IMG/VR virus record: IMGVR_UViG_3300044732_001653
Location: 7,518 to 71,517 of that record
DNA length: 64,000 nucleotides
Strand: one strand, 5' to 3'
Source: a virus
Shown: positions 8,891 to 18,964 of the stretch, in pieces
Position numbering within the stretch: position 1 is the stretch's first letter
Layout of the letters: each line of letters opens with the position of its first letter
The notes under the pieces: model-generated
What the model was told of the DNA's origin: nothing
Database searches by the model: none
The model's input: the letters and a program-made list of their open reading frames with translations, nothing else
Program-made: the position numbers and the translations under genes

Positions 8891-9982
8891 ATGCCGAGGT
8901 ACGCAACAGAACTGACGCAAGGGCAGGCGTTCTCGCGGACGTCTGAGGAGAACGGCGTCAACGACACGGCGCAGAGGGTCTTCAAGATTGCGCTCGTCAG
9001 CCCCGCCGAGGTGTTCAATCCGCAGGTGTACACGGGCGTCTACATTGGCACGATCCACCCGTACAACAACAACCTCATCTGCTTCTCGTTCGACTCAAAG
9101 TTCGACGGCGACAGTCGAATGGTTACGCTCGTCACGTTCAACTACAAGAGCTTCGCATCGTCGCCGGCCTCTAGCGGAAGGCCGGAGCCAAAGACGATTC
9201 AGCCGGAGATTCGGCCGGCGAACTGGTACACCGACACCTCTCTGATGGAGATTCCGGCACCTACTTGGAACGAGTTTGGGACGGGGAAGTGGGTTGTCCC
9301 TGTGAACCCTGTTGGCGACAGGTACGAAGGCGTCAGGAAGATGGTTCCTGTCACGTCCATCCGCGTTGATCAGTATGAGAGCGCCGATCCCCTGAACAAC
9401 ATGGATCAGGTCGGGAAGATCAACAGCAAGACGATCAAGGTGGGGTCGCATAACTTTGCCTTGCACACTCTCATGCTTCGCGGAATCAGTAGTCGCCCTC
9501 ACGTCGAGACGTTTCAGGGAAACACGTTTCGCGGATGGATAGCCTCTTACGAGCTTGTCTACAAAGCGAACATCGTCTTCGTGAGCGACCCGGAGGGAGG
9601 AGAGGGCGACCCTCAGAGAATCGTTCTTGGCTGGGATCACCTACAAGTCGTTGAGGGCACAAGCGTCAAGAATCTTGCCGGTGCAGTAGCCAGGGCCGAC
9701 GTCGATCCGTTCGGGCTCGCCCTTACGCACAATGGTCAGAAAGTCCAGTTTCCGCTCACGCTTGCTGATGGGACCGAAAACAAGAAGGTCAGAGCCATGA
9801 TGGCGATCCCGTCATACGACGACCGCGGCGGGTGGGTGCAGCGTCCAGTGGCAGCCCCGATCGCCTTGAACCTTGACGGCACGCCGCGAGACTTGATCGG
9901 CGGCCTCAACCCTCTTGTCGTTCGCTACCAAGTTCAAGAATCTGGCGATCTTGTCGCAGACCTCAACCTCCGGTTGTACTGA
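8891..9982 (+). CDS. Putative distal tail/hub protein
   Basis: 363-aa ORF in tail-tip position. Confidence 0.5.
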   Translation: MPRYATELTQGQAFSRTSEENGVNDTAQRVFKIALVSPAEVFNPQVYTGVYIGTIHPYNNNLICFSFDSKFDGDSRMVTLVTFNYKSFASSPASSGRPEPKTIQPEIRPANWYTDTSLMEIPAPTWNEFGTGKWVVPVNPVGDRYEGVRKMVPVTSIRVDQYESADPLNNMDQVGKINSKTIKVGSHNFALHTLMLRGISSRPHVETFQGNTFRGWIASYELVYKANIVFVSDPEGGEGDPQRIVLGWDHLQVVEGTSVKNLAGAVARADVDPFGLALTHNGQKVQFPLTLADGTENKKVRAMMAIPSYDDRGGWVQRPVAAPIALNLDGTPRDLIGGLNPLVVRYQVQESGDLVADLNLRLY

Positions 9983-9984
9983 TC

Positions 9985-10746
9985 ATGGATGGTCGCTTCC
10001 TTCTCACCGGAAACTCAGCCGAACGCATCAGGGACACGATCCGAACGGTCGAGTCCATGGTCGCAAGGTCTGACACGACGCTGCTGCCGACGAGGTTCAG
10101 TGAAGGTGCGCCGCAGCCTCTGGACAACTTCCGCATCGGCACCTTCGGCACCGCCGCCTGGAGCATCAACTCCTCCAACACCGTGACCCTGACGAACGTC
10201 GGCGTGACGGGGTACACGGTGCTGGCGACGAACATCTTCGGCACGATCACCGCCATGGGGTCGACTCTCGCAGGGACCACGCGGCCGTGCGCCGTCGCCA
10301 AGGACGGGACGGCGTGGTATTTGATCCAGCCCGTGCCGTCGACAGGTGGCGCGAAGGCCGGGACATTTACCGGCGGGTGGGGTTTGGGCTCAGACAAAGA
10401 GGTGACTTCCATCGTGACAGGAGAGGTGATCAACGTCACGAACTTGATCTACTCGATCCCAGACACCGGCGAGACCATGTCGTGTGTTGTTGTCCAAGAG
10501 GGGACGGCATGGCAACTGGCGAACGTGCAGCACATGGGCACGTCAGTTCTTACGAAGGTCGCCATTGAGGGTTCGGCGCTCGTTTTCAGTCGTGCGGCGA
10601 TCCAAGTCATCGGGCAGACCTCGTCGCCGACGTCGTTCCCGCTCTCGACGTGCAATACATATTCTGGATCGACGGTCGCGCCTACTTCGGTGGCGGGGCC
10701 AAGCGGAGTCTCGTCGTTCTCGTCCACGTCTTTCTTTCTGGGGTGA
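9985..10746 (+). CDS. Putative tail-tip protein with internally duplicated domain
   Basis: Two similar units: 'GTF...W....VT....V..TN......C.V...GTAW.L'. Confidence 0.55.
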   Translation: MDGRFLLTGNSAERIRDTIRTVESMVARSDTTLLPTRFSEGAPQPLDNFRIGTFGTAAWSINSSNTVTLTNVGVTGYTVLATNIFGTITAMGSTLAGTTRPCAVAKDGTAWYLIQPVPSTGGAKAGTFTGGWGLGSDKEVTSIVTGEVINVTNLIYSIPDTGETMSCVVVQEGTAWQLANVQHMGTSVLTKVAIEGSALVFSRAAIQVIGQTSSPTSFPLSTCNTYSGSTVAPTSVAGPSGVSSFSSTSFFLG

Positions 10747-10749
10747 ATC

Positions 10750-11079
10750 ATGCCGGAAGGCTTTAAGATGGTCGCCAAGACCTTGACGGCAACCACGCCG
10801 ATAACGATTGCCACCATGGGGACGGCAAGCGTGGCCGTTTTTCGCGGCGTCACCTTCTGCAACACCAACACGTCTACGTCCGCCGCCTACGATCTGCTCA
10901 TCATCCCCAACGGACTTACCGCGTCTGTCTACATGGTCAAGGGGGCGTCTCTCGCCTCCCAAGCTACAGGGCAGCCACTCAACAGCACTCTCGTTCTCAA
11001 CTCGGGCGACACGCTTCAAGCAAGGTCGAGCGTCTCAAACGCGATAGACGTGACCGCTTCCTACCTAGAGTCATACTGA
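10750..11079 (+). CDS. Small virion beta-sandwich protein
   Basis: 'FCNT...LVLNSGDTLQARSS..NAIDVTASYLE' pattern seen in phage tail-associated proteins. Confidence 0.6.
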   Translation: MPEGFKMVAKTLTATTPITIATMGTASVAVFRGVTFCNTNTSTSAAYDLLIIPNGLTASVYMVKGASLASQATGQPLNSTLVLNSGDTLQARSSVSNAIDVTASYLESY

Positions 11080-11441
11080 TGGCGTTCATATGGAACGGCG
11101 ACTTCTTGATGGCGGACGGCGGGTTTGCCATTTCAAACGACTGCTGCTGCAAGTTCTACACCTGCTACTGCTATGTGCGCGCGAATAACTACGGATCGCA
11201 GATAGTAGAGCGGCGAATCGTCAGGTATCGCGCTCCCGAGTGGGACGATGCCGAACAGAAGTGGGTTTTTCCTGACGGCCAGCCGTGCGTACCACCAGGG
11301 GCTCAATGCACGGTCACTTACACTGGCATCTTAGTCAATAACTGCGGTTGCGCCGTCGGCTACGGCGGATCGTCTGTGTCGTGGAGCAGAATGGACTGCC
11401 TCCAGCCATCTACCTGCCAAACAATACTCCCACCCCCATGA
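11079..11441 (+). CDS. Cys-rich hypothetical protein
   Basis: 'NDCCCKFYTCYC'; start overlaps previous stop. Confidence 0.6.
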   Translation: MAFIWNGDFLMADGGFAISNDCCCKFYTCYCYVRANNYGSQIVERRIVRYRAPEWDDAEQKWVFPDGQPCVPPGAQCTVTYTGILVNNCGCAVGYGGSSVSWSRMDCLQPSTCQTILPPP

Positions 11442-11926
11442 TTCTCGTCAACATCCTCGCCATCCGAGACGCCGCCAAGTACCGACCCAGCGGGTACGAA
11501 GAGGAGATGCTCTCGGCCGGTGTCATCGATGGCGACTACGTCCAGATCGCGGACGACGCCTACGACGCCCTGTTCCTGAAGTACATCGGCAGCATTCGGC
11601 CGTGCGGGCCGGGCTGCCAACTCAAGCGGATTCTGGAGGCATGGGGGTTCGTTGCCCAGCCGGGCTGCAAGTGCGAGGCCCGCGTGGTCATCATGGACGA
11701 CTGGGGGCCAGACGAATGCGCTACGCCAGACAGAGCGAAGGAAATCCTCGGTTGGTTGAAGGAAGAGGCCGACGCCCGTGGGCTCCCGTTCATCTCGACG
11801 GTCGCCTCCCTCGGCGTGAAGCGGGCCATCTGGCTTGCCAGGAAGAACGCCAAGGCAGTCGCTGCCGCCCAATCCCCCCCCATCCTGACACCACGCCCGC
11901 CGCCCGTGGTAAGCTACCGGCCATGA
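11438..11926 (+). CDS. Hypothetical protein with GPGxxL..CxC motif
   Basis: ATG at 11438 overlaps previous stop; 'CGPGCQLK..GCKCEAR..MDDWG'. Confidence 0.65.
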   Translation: MILVNILAIRDAAKYRPSGYEEEMLSAGVIDGDYVQIADDAYDALFLKYIGSIRPCGPGCQLKRILEAWGFVAQPGCKCEARVVIMDDWGPDECATPDRAKEILGWLKEEADARGLPFISTVASLGVKRAIWLARKNAKAVAAAQSPPILTPRPPPVVSYRP

Positions 11927-12123
11927 CATCGCCGCCGGAAAAACGATTCGACGTCGGGGAGGCCGAGGAGGTCTTCGACAGCGATGTCGACGGCCTGCCG
12001 AATATGCCGCCCCAGGACGACATCGGCTGGCTGCGGACCCCAAAGAGGCCCACCCATGAAGACAAAGCCGCCAAGGCTCCTCGATCGCCTCAGTCGGGAA
12101 CTCGCAAGCCCCGCAAGACCTAG
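11923..12123 (+). CDS. Hypothetical protein
   Basis: ATGA overlap with previous stop. Confidence 0.45.
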   Translation: MTSPPEKRFDVGEAEEVFDSDVDGLPNMPPQDDIGWLRTPKRPTHEDKAAKAPRSPQSGTRKPRKT

Positions 12124-12313
12124 ATTTCGCTGGTTCTTGGACCTGCCCGAAGACGTGCGGACTGACCTTGAGGAGGCCAAACGGCTATGGCGCGACGGGA
12201 CGTACAAGGTCACGGCAAACCGGATGGCAAAGAAGCTGATCGCGGCTCTGGCCGAGTTGGGCGTGGACCCGCTCCCCGGCCGGACGACCGTCCACGACTG
12301 GCTGGAAAGCTGA
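12056..12313 (+). CDS. Small helical, possibly HTH-like protein
   Basis: 'WFLDLP..RTTVHDWL'; precedes phosphoesterase. Confidence 0.55.
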   Translation: MKTKPPRLLDRLSRELASPARPRFRWFLDLPEDVRTDLEEAKRLWRDGTYKVTANRMAKKLIAALAELGVDPLPGRTTVHDWLES

Positions 12314-13449
12314 TCGCCGACGACCCGTCGATCCTCGGGCCGCCGCAGATCACCACGAAGGTCGAGGGCGACCAGACGATCGTCCACTCGGCCAGCCACG
12401 GCATCAAGACCGTGGACGACCTCCTCCGGCACATCGAGGCCGACCTGACGAAGTACGAGGTCGCCGCGAGCGAGGCGACCGTCTGGGAATCCCCCTGCGG
12501 CGACGCCAAGGTGCCGCTCTATCGCGTCTGGGTACGTCTCAAGCCCCGCGGCGGCCCCCGCGTCCTCGACGCCGTGAAGGCCATGCTCGACGGCGCCGCG
12601 GCCTCCATGGCCCGCAAGGCACGAAAGCCGCACCGCGAGCGTGCCGGCGGCGCGTGGCAGGTGCTGGTCGTGGCCGACGTCCACCTCGCCAAGCTGGCCT
12701 GGACGCCCTCGACCGGCGAAGCCGACTACGACCTCGACATCGCCACCCGCATTCTCGGCGACACGTCCCACGAACTTGTTGCCAGCGGCGACAAGTTGTT
12801 TCGACCCGCCCGTCGAACAGTGGCCTTCTGCGGAGACCTGTTCCATTTTGACACGCCCCGTGGCACGACGAGCAGCGGCAACACCTACCTCGACCGCGAC
12901 TCCCGCATCCAGAAGATGCTCGACACCGGCACCGACGCTCTCCTCGACATCGTGGCCCACTCGGCCGAGACCTGCCAGACCGACGTCATCCTGGTGGCCG
13001 GCAATCACGACGAGGCCCTGTCGTGGGCGTTCCACAAGATGCTCAGTCTCCAGTTCGCCAGGGACGAGCGGGTCACGATCGCCAAGAGCTACACGCCCCG
13101 CACCTACGCTCATCACGGCGGGACGCTGCTCGGGTTTTCCCATGGCGACAAGGCCAAGAAGAAGCTCCCGCAACTGATGGCCTACGAGCGTCCGGCCCTG
13201 TGGGCACAGTGCCCCTACCGCGAGTTCCACACCGGCCACTTCCATTCCCAGGCGGCCGAGTGGCAACGGCCCATCGAGACGATTGACTCGGTGCTTGTCC
13301 GTACCGCACCAGCGATCTGTCCAGCGGACGAATGGCATTCCAGCCACGGCTTCGTCGGGAGCCGCCGGGCGATGGAGACGTTTTTCTACAGTCACCGCGG
13401 CGGGCTCGACGGGATGCTCGTCGCCGGGCCGGAGGAGGAGGGCAAATGA
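12298..13449 (+). CDS. Calcineurin-like metallophosphoesterase (start uncertain)
   Basis: Motifs DVH, GDLFH, GNHD, HGD and GHFH present in canonical order. Confidence 0.85.
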   Translation: MAGKLIADDPSILGPPQITTKVEGDQTIVHSASHGIKTVDDLLRHIEADLTKYEVAASEATVWESPCGDAKVPLYRVWVRLKPRGGPRVLDAVKAMLDGAAASMARKARKPHRERAGGAWQVLVVADVHLAKLAWTPSTGEADYDLDIATRILGDTSHELVASGDKLFRPARRTVAFCGDLFHFDTPRGTTSSGNTYLDRDSRIQKMLDTGTDALLDIVAHSAETCQTDVILVAGNHDEALSWAFHKMLSLQFARDERVTIAKSYTPRTYAHHGGTLLGFSHGDKAKKKLPQLMAYERPALWAQCPYREFHTGHFHSQAAEWQRPIETIDSVLVRTAPAICPADEWHSSHGFVGSRRAMETFFYSHRGGLDGMLVAGPEEEGK

Positions 13450-13934
13450 GCGAACTTAGGCTTTTGCGGCGAGCGGTTGAGTTCGGGATGGAGCATTCCG
13501 ACGACCCGCGGACGAAGGTTGGCGCGATGATCGTCGCCATCAACAAGAGGGGCGGCTCGATCCTTGGGGCCAACAGACTGCCACGGGGCGTTGAGGCAAA
13601 CGCCGCTAGGGTGTCTCGGGAGCATAAGGACAGGTACATCGAGCATGCGGAAAGAGATGTGATCTACGGCGCCGTTCGGTGCGGCGTCGATACCAACGGC
13701 TCCGTCATGTACGCCCCTTGGTTCTGCTGCTGCTGCTGCGCCAGAGCAATCATCGAGTCTGGCATCCGAGAGGTCGTCGGTTTGATGAGTCTCCACTCCA
13801 TGACCCCTGCCAGATGGTCGGCCGACATCGCCGCGGCCCACCAGATGCTTGAGGAGGCCGGCGTCGGGATGCGTTGGATCACGGCGGAACTAGGGACGAC
13901 GATCCTGTTCGACGGCAAGGAGATCGAGATATGA
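13446..13934 (+). CDS. dCMP deaminase-like protein
   Basis: 'DPRTKVGA', 'HAE', 'C..CARAIIESGIREV' Zn-deaminase motifs. Confidence 0.9.
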   Translation: MSELRLLRRAVEFGMEHSDDPRTKVGAMIVAINKRGGSILGANRLPRGVEANAARVSREHKDRYIEHAERDVIYGAVRCGVDTNGSVMYAPWFCCCCCARAIIESGIREVVGLMSLHSMTPARWSADIAAAHQMLEEAGVGMRWITAELGTTILFDGKEIEI

Positions 13935-14527
13935 GCGGGCCAATTGTGGTCGGCGTCACCGGGGCGGCCGGGTCCGGCAAGGATACTGTTGCCTCGATGC
14001 TGGGGTGGGAATGGCGTGGGGTTTCGTTCGCCGACCCGCTCTACGACATGATCGCGGCGATGACGGGGTATCCGGTCTGGCAACTCAAGGACCGCCAGTT
14101 CAAAGAGCAGGTGATCCCCTGGCTGGGGAAGTCGCCTCGTCAGCTTCTCCAGACCCTCGGGACCGACTGGGGTCGTGACATGGTGTCGAGGGACGTCTGG
14201 CTGAAGATCGGTGCCCGTCGCATTCAATCGGGCTACCGGGTCGTCGTCCGAGACGTCCGGTTCGACGACGAAGCCGAGATGATCCGAGACGAGTTTGGCG
14301 GGGTCATCTGGGAGACGATCCGCCCCGGCGCGGCCACCTGCGTCGGCCACGTCTCCGAGGCCGGGATCAGCCGCCGCCTGATCGACCGAACCCTCGTCAA
14401 CGCTGGCACTCTCGACGAGTTCCGCGAGGTCGTACAAGCCGCCGCCACCTCTCTCGCGAATGCTACAATGAAAGATATCGCGGGGGGTAGCGAATATGAC
14501 CGACGAATCCAAGGCGGTGTGGGCTGA
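13931..14527 (+). CDS. Deoxynucleoside monophosphate kinase
   Basis: 'GVTGAAGSGKDT', 'SFADPL', 'PRQLLQTLGTDWGR', 'DVRFDDE', 'HVSEAG'. Confidence 0.92.
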   Translation: MSGPIVVGVTGAAGSGKDTVASMLGWEWRGVSFADPLYDMIAAMTGYPVWQLKDRQFKEQVIPWLGKSPRQLLQTLGTDWGRDMVSRDVWLKIGARRIQSGYRVVVRDVRFDDEAEMIRDEFGGVIWETIRPGAATCVGHVSEAGISRRLIDRTLVNAGTLDEFREVVQAAATSLANATMKDIAGGSEYDRRIQGGVG

Positions 14528-14795
14528 CTCCCTGCTCAAAGTAGGGACGCATCTTGGCGTACCCGTACTGATCCTGGCGGCCTTCCTATGGATGGCCCGC
14601 GAGGCTGGCTTCGCGATGTATTCGGGAGCCGTCATCCCGATTGTCGAGGCACACACCCGGTTCCTTGAGTCGACCGAGTCGACGCTCAAGGAGATCGGCT
14701 CAACGCAGAAGCAGCAGGCCGAGACGATGCAAGAGATCGTCGTCGGCCAGCGAGAACTCGCGACCATCATCGAGGCGCACAAAGGGGGAAACTGA
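14496..14795 (+). CDS. Membrane protein with coiled coil (holin-like)
   Basis: N-terminal TM 'LGVPVLILAAFLW' followed by polar helix. Confidence 0.45.
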   Translation: MTDESKAVWADSLLKVGTHLGVPVLILAAFLWMAREAGFAMYSGAVIPIVEAHTRFLESTESTLKEIGSTQKQQAETMQEIVVGQRELATIIEAHKGGN

Positions 14796-15118
14796 TGGCT
14801 ACGGCATCCGACGCCCCTGATGTTCTCAATCTCTCCTGGCGACGCGGCGACGAGTTCGGGAAGACCATCGTCTACACCGAAGACCTGACCGGCGCCACCG
14901 CCCTGACGACCATTTACAGCCTCCGCACCGGGGCGGCCGTCACGACCATGCCCACGGTGATCACCGCCGGCCCGACGGCCTCCAGCGTCGGCATCAGCCT
15001 GTCCGAGGTGCCGTCGGCCTCCCTGCTCCTCGGCACCTACGGCTGGCGGCAGATTGTCATCGCCACGGGGAGCGTGCAGCGGACGCGGATCGTCGGCCGC
15101 ATCGAGGTGACGCCTTGA
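14795..15118 (+). CDS. Baseplate upper (BppU-N-like) adaptor
   Basis: 'LNLSWRRGD', 'DLTG', 'GTYGW..RTRIVGRIEV'. Confidence 0.6.
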   Translation: MATASDAPDVLNLSWRRGDEFGKTIVYTEDLTGATALTTIYSLRTGAAVTTMPTVITAGPTASSVGISLSEVPSASLLLGTYGWRQIVIATGSVQRTRIVGRIEVTP

Positions 15119-16233
15119 GCATCAGCGTCACGAACACCAAGTCACCGATCACCGTCGTGGACGACAAGGTCACGATCAAAGTCACAGGTGGCTTCGGTCC
15201 CCAGGGGCCTGCCGGAAGCAGCGAGAGCGGCGGCGGGGCTATCGCCTCGATCAATGGCCAGACCGGGACGATCACGATTGCCTACGCTGGCGGCGTGACG
15301 GCGGCAGGCGGAACGATCACGCTTGGGTACGTCTCGCCGCCGGTGACGAGCGTGGCGGGCCGGACGGGGGCGGTGACGCTCTCGACCGGCGACGTCAGCG
15401 GCCTGGGGTCGCTCGCGACGAAGTCGTCGCTGGGAAACATCACCATCGCCGGGGCAGTCGGGACGGTGGCTGGACGTGTTCTCACCACGGACGCCGATGG
15501 TTTGGTCGTGACGTCGGCGGTGGGGGTGGGGCTGGTCTATGAAGACGACTCAATTCGGCCCGACATTCCGTACATCAAATCGCAGCTTGCGGACGTGGCA
15601 AGCTCCGGCTCATACCTCGATCTGACAAACAAGCCGACGATCCCCGTGACGTCAGTGGCCGGAAGGACCGGCGCCGTCACGCTGACGACCTCCGACGTCT
15701 CGGGCTACGCGGCACCTCCTGTGACGAGCGTGGCCGGGCGAACTGGGGCTGTGACGATCGCCGCTGCGGACGTGTCGGGGCTTTCGGCCGCGGCGCCCGT
15801 TCAGTCGGTGGCTGGCAGGACCGGGGCGGTCACGCTGACGACCTCCGACGTCTCGGGCTACACGGCACCTCCTGTCACCAGCGTGGCCGGTCGCACGGGT
15901 GCCGTGACGATCGCCGCTGCGGACGTGTCGGGGCTTTCGGCCGCGGCGCCCGTTCAGTCGGTGGCCGGAAGGACCGGCGCCGTCACGCTGACGACCTCCG
16001 ACGTCTCGGGCTACACGTCGCCGCCCGTGACGAGCGTGGCGGGTCGCACTGGGGCTGTGACGCTGACGGGCTCCGACATCAACGTGGCGACAACGACGGC
16101 CCTCGGCGTGGTCCAGGTGGGCGTCGGGCTGACGGTTACGGCCGGTGTCCTGTCCGGCCCTAACATCACCAGCGGCACGGCCGCCCCGTCCGGCGGATCG
16201 TCCGGCGACATTTACCTGAGGTACTCAGCATGA
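15115..16233 (+). CDS. Tail fibre protein with VTSVAGRTGAVTL repeats
   Basis: At least 7 'V(T/Q)SVAGRTGAVT(L/I)' repeats; C-terminal 'TSGTAAPSGGSSGDIYLRY'. Confidence 0.85.
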   Translation: MSISVTNTKSPITVVDDKVTIKVTGGFGPQGPAGSSESGGGAIASINGQTGTITIAYAGGVTAAGGTITLGYVSPPVTSVAGRTGAVTLSTGDVSGLGSLATKSSLGNITIAGAVGTVAGRVLTTDADGLVVTSAVGVGLVYEDDSIRPDIPYIKSQLADVASSGSYLDLTNKPTIPVTSVAGRTGAVTLTTSDVSGYAAPPVTSVAGRTGAVTIAAADVSGLSAAAPVQSVAGRTGAVTLTTSDVSGYTAPPVTSVAGRTGAVTIAAADVSGLSAAAPVQSVAGRTGAVTLTTSDVSGYTSPPVTSVAGRTGAVTLTGSDINVATTTALGVVQVGVGLTVTAGVLSGPNITSGTAAPSGGSSGDIYLRYSA

Positions 16234-16679
16234 ACCTCGCCGCTCTCGCCGCGAAGATCGCAGAACCGCAGTACCGCGGCCTCTCTGACCAGCTCCTGGC
16301 CGACACGGTCAACGGGCTCCGCGTCTCCGTCCGTCGCCCGGTGCCGACGTGGCAAGTACGGCAGACCGCCATTGAGGGCGGGTACTGGCCCGCGCTCGTC
16401 GAGGCTCGCGAGACGGGAGCGAATCCGGTCAGGGCTCTGGCGATCACCGTCCTTGCCTGGATCGACGACCAGAGCGGCACGATCCAGAGCGTCGACATGG
16501 ATCGACCCGCGGTCATCGGAATGAGGGCCGCGCTCGTCCAGGCGGGTATCTGTTCGCAGCCGCAAGCCGACGCACTGTCCGCTCTGGCGGATCACTCGAT
16601 CCTGTGGACGGAATCGGTCGGGCTGCCGGAGATCGGCGTGGGGCTCGTAATCAACGCTCGGAGGCTGACGAATGGCTGA
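16230..16679 (+). CDS. Hypothetical tail-associated protein
   Basis: Coupled ORF in the fibre cluster. Confidence 0.6.
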   Translation: MNLAALAAKIAEPQYRGLSDQLLADTVNGLRVSVRRPVPTWQVRQTAIEGGYWPALVEARETGANPVRALAITVLAWIDDQSGTIQSVDMDRPAVIGMRAALVQAGICSQPQADALSALADHSILWTESVGLPEIGVGLVINARRLTNG

Positions 16680-17172
16680 TCTGAAATTGGCATACGGCAC
16701 CGCCTCCGATCTCACGATCACGCTGGCGTCGATGGCCACTGACACGAACCTCCTGACGGGGCGCGAGTCAGCAACCATTGACAACTCGGCAAACCTGTTC
16801 CTCGACTACCTCGTCAGCGGCAAGATCACCGCGGGCACCTCGCCGACCGCGGCACGCTCAATCGAGGTGTGGGCCGTGGGTTCGTGGGACGGGACCAACT
16901 GGCCAGACGTTTTTGACGGCACCGAATCCGCCGAGACGATCACGAGCGCTGACATCAAGGCGAGCGTCTGCCGATTCGTCGCCGCAATGGCGACGGCCAA
17001 CACCAGCGACCGTACCTACCATTTCGGCCCGGTCTCTCTCGCTGCTGCCTTCGGCGGCACTCTTCCGCCGAAGGTCGTGTTGTTCATCACGCACTCGACC
17101 GGCGTGAACCTCAACAGCACCGCCGGGAATCACCAGATTCGGCTCCAGCCCGTCTATCAAACGATCAACTGA
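16672..17172 (+). CDS. Hypothetical tail-associated beta protein
   Basis: Coupled ORF; 'ITLASM..RESATIDN..DGTNW'. Confidence 0.6.
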   Translation: MADLKLAYGTASDLTITLASMATDTNLLTGRESATIDNSANLFLDYLVSGKITAGTSPTAARSIEVWAVGSWDGTNWPDVFDGTESAETITSADIKASVCRFVAAMATANTSDRTYHFGPVSLAAAFGGTLPPKVVLFITHSTGVNLNSTAGNHQIRLQPVYQTIN

Positions 17173-18008
17173 TGTCACGCCACGAATACCCATCACTTCG
17201 CCAGGGCCTCGTCGGCGCGTGGTGCCCGTCGCTGGGGGCAAGCGGTCTTTCGTTGATCGACCGTAGCGGGCGGAACAATCACGGCACGCTCGTCAACATG
17301 GCTGGCCAGGACAACTGGCGGGCGAGCGGCAGCGGTGTGGCGCTTAACCTTGACGGCACAAACGACCATGCTGTGCTCGCGGGTTTTGTGCCCGCATCCA
17401 GTATTTCTGTGTCTGCGTGGGTCTACCTAAAGTCGCAACCAACGGGTAGCAATCTCGCCGGGATTTTCAGCCGGTGGGGAAATAACGCGGCTTTTGACGC
17501 TACCGACGCTTTTACGCTCAATATCGGAGTCGGACAAGGGTTTCGTTTTTTTCTTGGAGGCGTGAACGCAGGAGTCACAACCGGATCGTCGGCTGTCACT
17601 TTGTCACAATGGACTCATCTAGCAGCAACATACAACGGCGCAACCATCACCATTTTTGTTAATGGAATATCAGGAGGTTCGACCGCCGCATCCGGTTCGA
17701 TTACACAATCAACTGTCGAAATGCGTATCGGAAAAGATGTGGCAGCTAGTGCTACAGACAAAAACCTTGACGCGTTTTGCGACGATATCCGCCTCTACAA
17801 CCGCGCCCTCACCCTCGCCCAAATCCGCCTCCTCGCCTCCCGTCGCGGGATCGGGCTGACGCCGCTGCCGGATCGTGCGGCGGGGTTGCCGAGGAAGTTG
17901 AGCGTCAACGTGGGCGGAACGTGGCGGGCGGCGGATGCATACGTTCATAACGGGACAGACTTCCGGCTCAGTGAAGCCAAGATCAACGTCGGAGGCGTGT
18001 GGCAGTGA
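17172..18008 (+). CDS. LamG/concanavalin A-like lectin domain protein (receptor-binding candidate)
   Basis: 'GLVGAW', '[11 protein letters not shown]', 'SVSAWV', 'WTHLAATY', '[11 protein letters not shown]'. Confidence 0.9.
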   Translation: MSRHEYPSLRQGLVGAWCPSLGASGLSLIDRSGRNNHGTLVNMAGQDNWRASGSGVALNLDGTNDHAVLAGFVPASSISVSAWVYLKSQPTGSNLAGIFSRWGNNAAFDATDAFTLNIGVGQGFRFFLGGVNAGVTTGSSAVTLSQWTHLAATYNGATITIFVNGISGGSTAASGSITQSTVEMRIGKDVAASATDKNLDAFCDDIRLYNRALTLAQIRLLASRRGIGLTPLPDRAAGLPRKLSVNVGGTWRAADAYVHNGTDFRLSEAKINVGGVWQ

Positions 18009-18964
18009 ACCGCGCACTGATCACCGGCATCACCGGCCAGGACGGCTCCTACCTTGCGGAGTTGCTGCTGGCCAAGGGCTACGAGGTGCACGGGATCATC
18101 CGCCGCTCCAGCACGTTCTCGACAGGCCGGATCGAGCATCTCTACGACCGCCTCCAACTCCACTACGGCGACGTGACCGACGGGTCGTCGCTCTGCCGGC
18201 TGGTGCGGACGATCCAGCCCAGTGAGGTCTACAACCTCGCCGCCCAGAGCCACGTCCGAGTGAGCTTCGACCAGCCCAGCTACACCGCCGCCGCCACCGG
18301 GCTCGGGACGCTGGCCCTGCTGGAGGCCGTGAGAGACGTCGCCCCGGCCGCCAGGGTCTATCAGGCGTCGTCGAGCGAGCAGTTCGGCAACGAGCCGGCG
18401 CCGCAGTCGGAGGCGACGGCGTTCAGGCCCAGGAGCCCCTACGCCTGCGCGAAGGTGTTCGCCCACCACATCGCCGTCAACTACCGCGAGAGCTACGGGC
18501 TCCACGTTTCCTGCGGCATCCTCTTCAACCACGAAAGCCCCCGCCGCGGCGAGACGTTCGTGACCCGGAAGATCGCCCAGGCGGTCGCCAGAATTGCCGC
18601 CGGCCGGCAGGAAAAGCTCGCCCTCGGGAACCTCGGCGCCCAGCGAGACTGGGGCTTCGCGGGCGACTACGTCGAAGCCATGTGGCTCATGCTCCAGCAG
18701 GAGCGGCCCGACGACTACGTCATCGCCACCGGGGAGACGCACTCCGTCCGAGAGTTCCTCGACATCGCCTGCGAGCGGGTGGGCCTCGACCCCGCCGCGA
18801 TCGTGACTCACGACCCGAGGTACGACCGGCCCGCCGAGGTCGACTGCCTCCTCGGGGACGCGAGCAAGGCCCGTCGAGCCCTCGGCTGGTCGCCCCGCGT
18901 CGGCTTCCGCGACCTCGTCCACATGATGGTCGACGACGAGGTGCGGCTGTGTTCGGCTTCCTGA
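18005..18964 (+). CDS. gmd: GDP-mannose 4,6-dehydratase
   Basis: '[26 protein letters not shown]', 'YNLAAQSHV', 'PRSPY..AK', '[18 protein letters not shown]', 'RDWG'. Confidence 0.97.
   Translation: MNRALITGITGQDGSYLAELLLAKGYEVHGIIRRSSTFSTGRIEHLYDRLQLHYGDVTDGSSLCRLVRTIQPSEVYNLAAQSHVRVSFDQPSYTAAATGLGTLALLEAVRDVAPAARVYQASSSEQFGNEPAPQSEATAFRPRSPYACAKVFAHHIAVNYRESYGLHVSCGILFNHESPRRGETFVTRKIAQAVARIAAGRQEKLALGNLGAQRDWGFAGDYVEAMWLMLQQERPDDYVIATGETHSVREFLDIACERVGLDPAAIVTHDPRYDRPAEVDCLLGDASKARRALGWSPRVGFRDLVHMMVDDEVRLCSAS

Noticed and set aside
15115-18008. Diversity-generating retroelement acting on the fibre or lectin genes
   Set aside because: No reverse transcriptase and no adenine-specific TR/VR pair seen in the window
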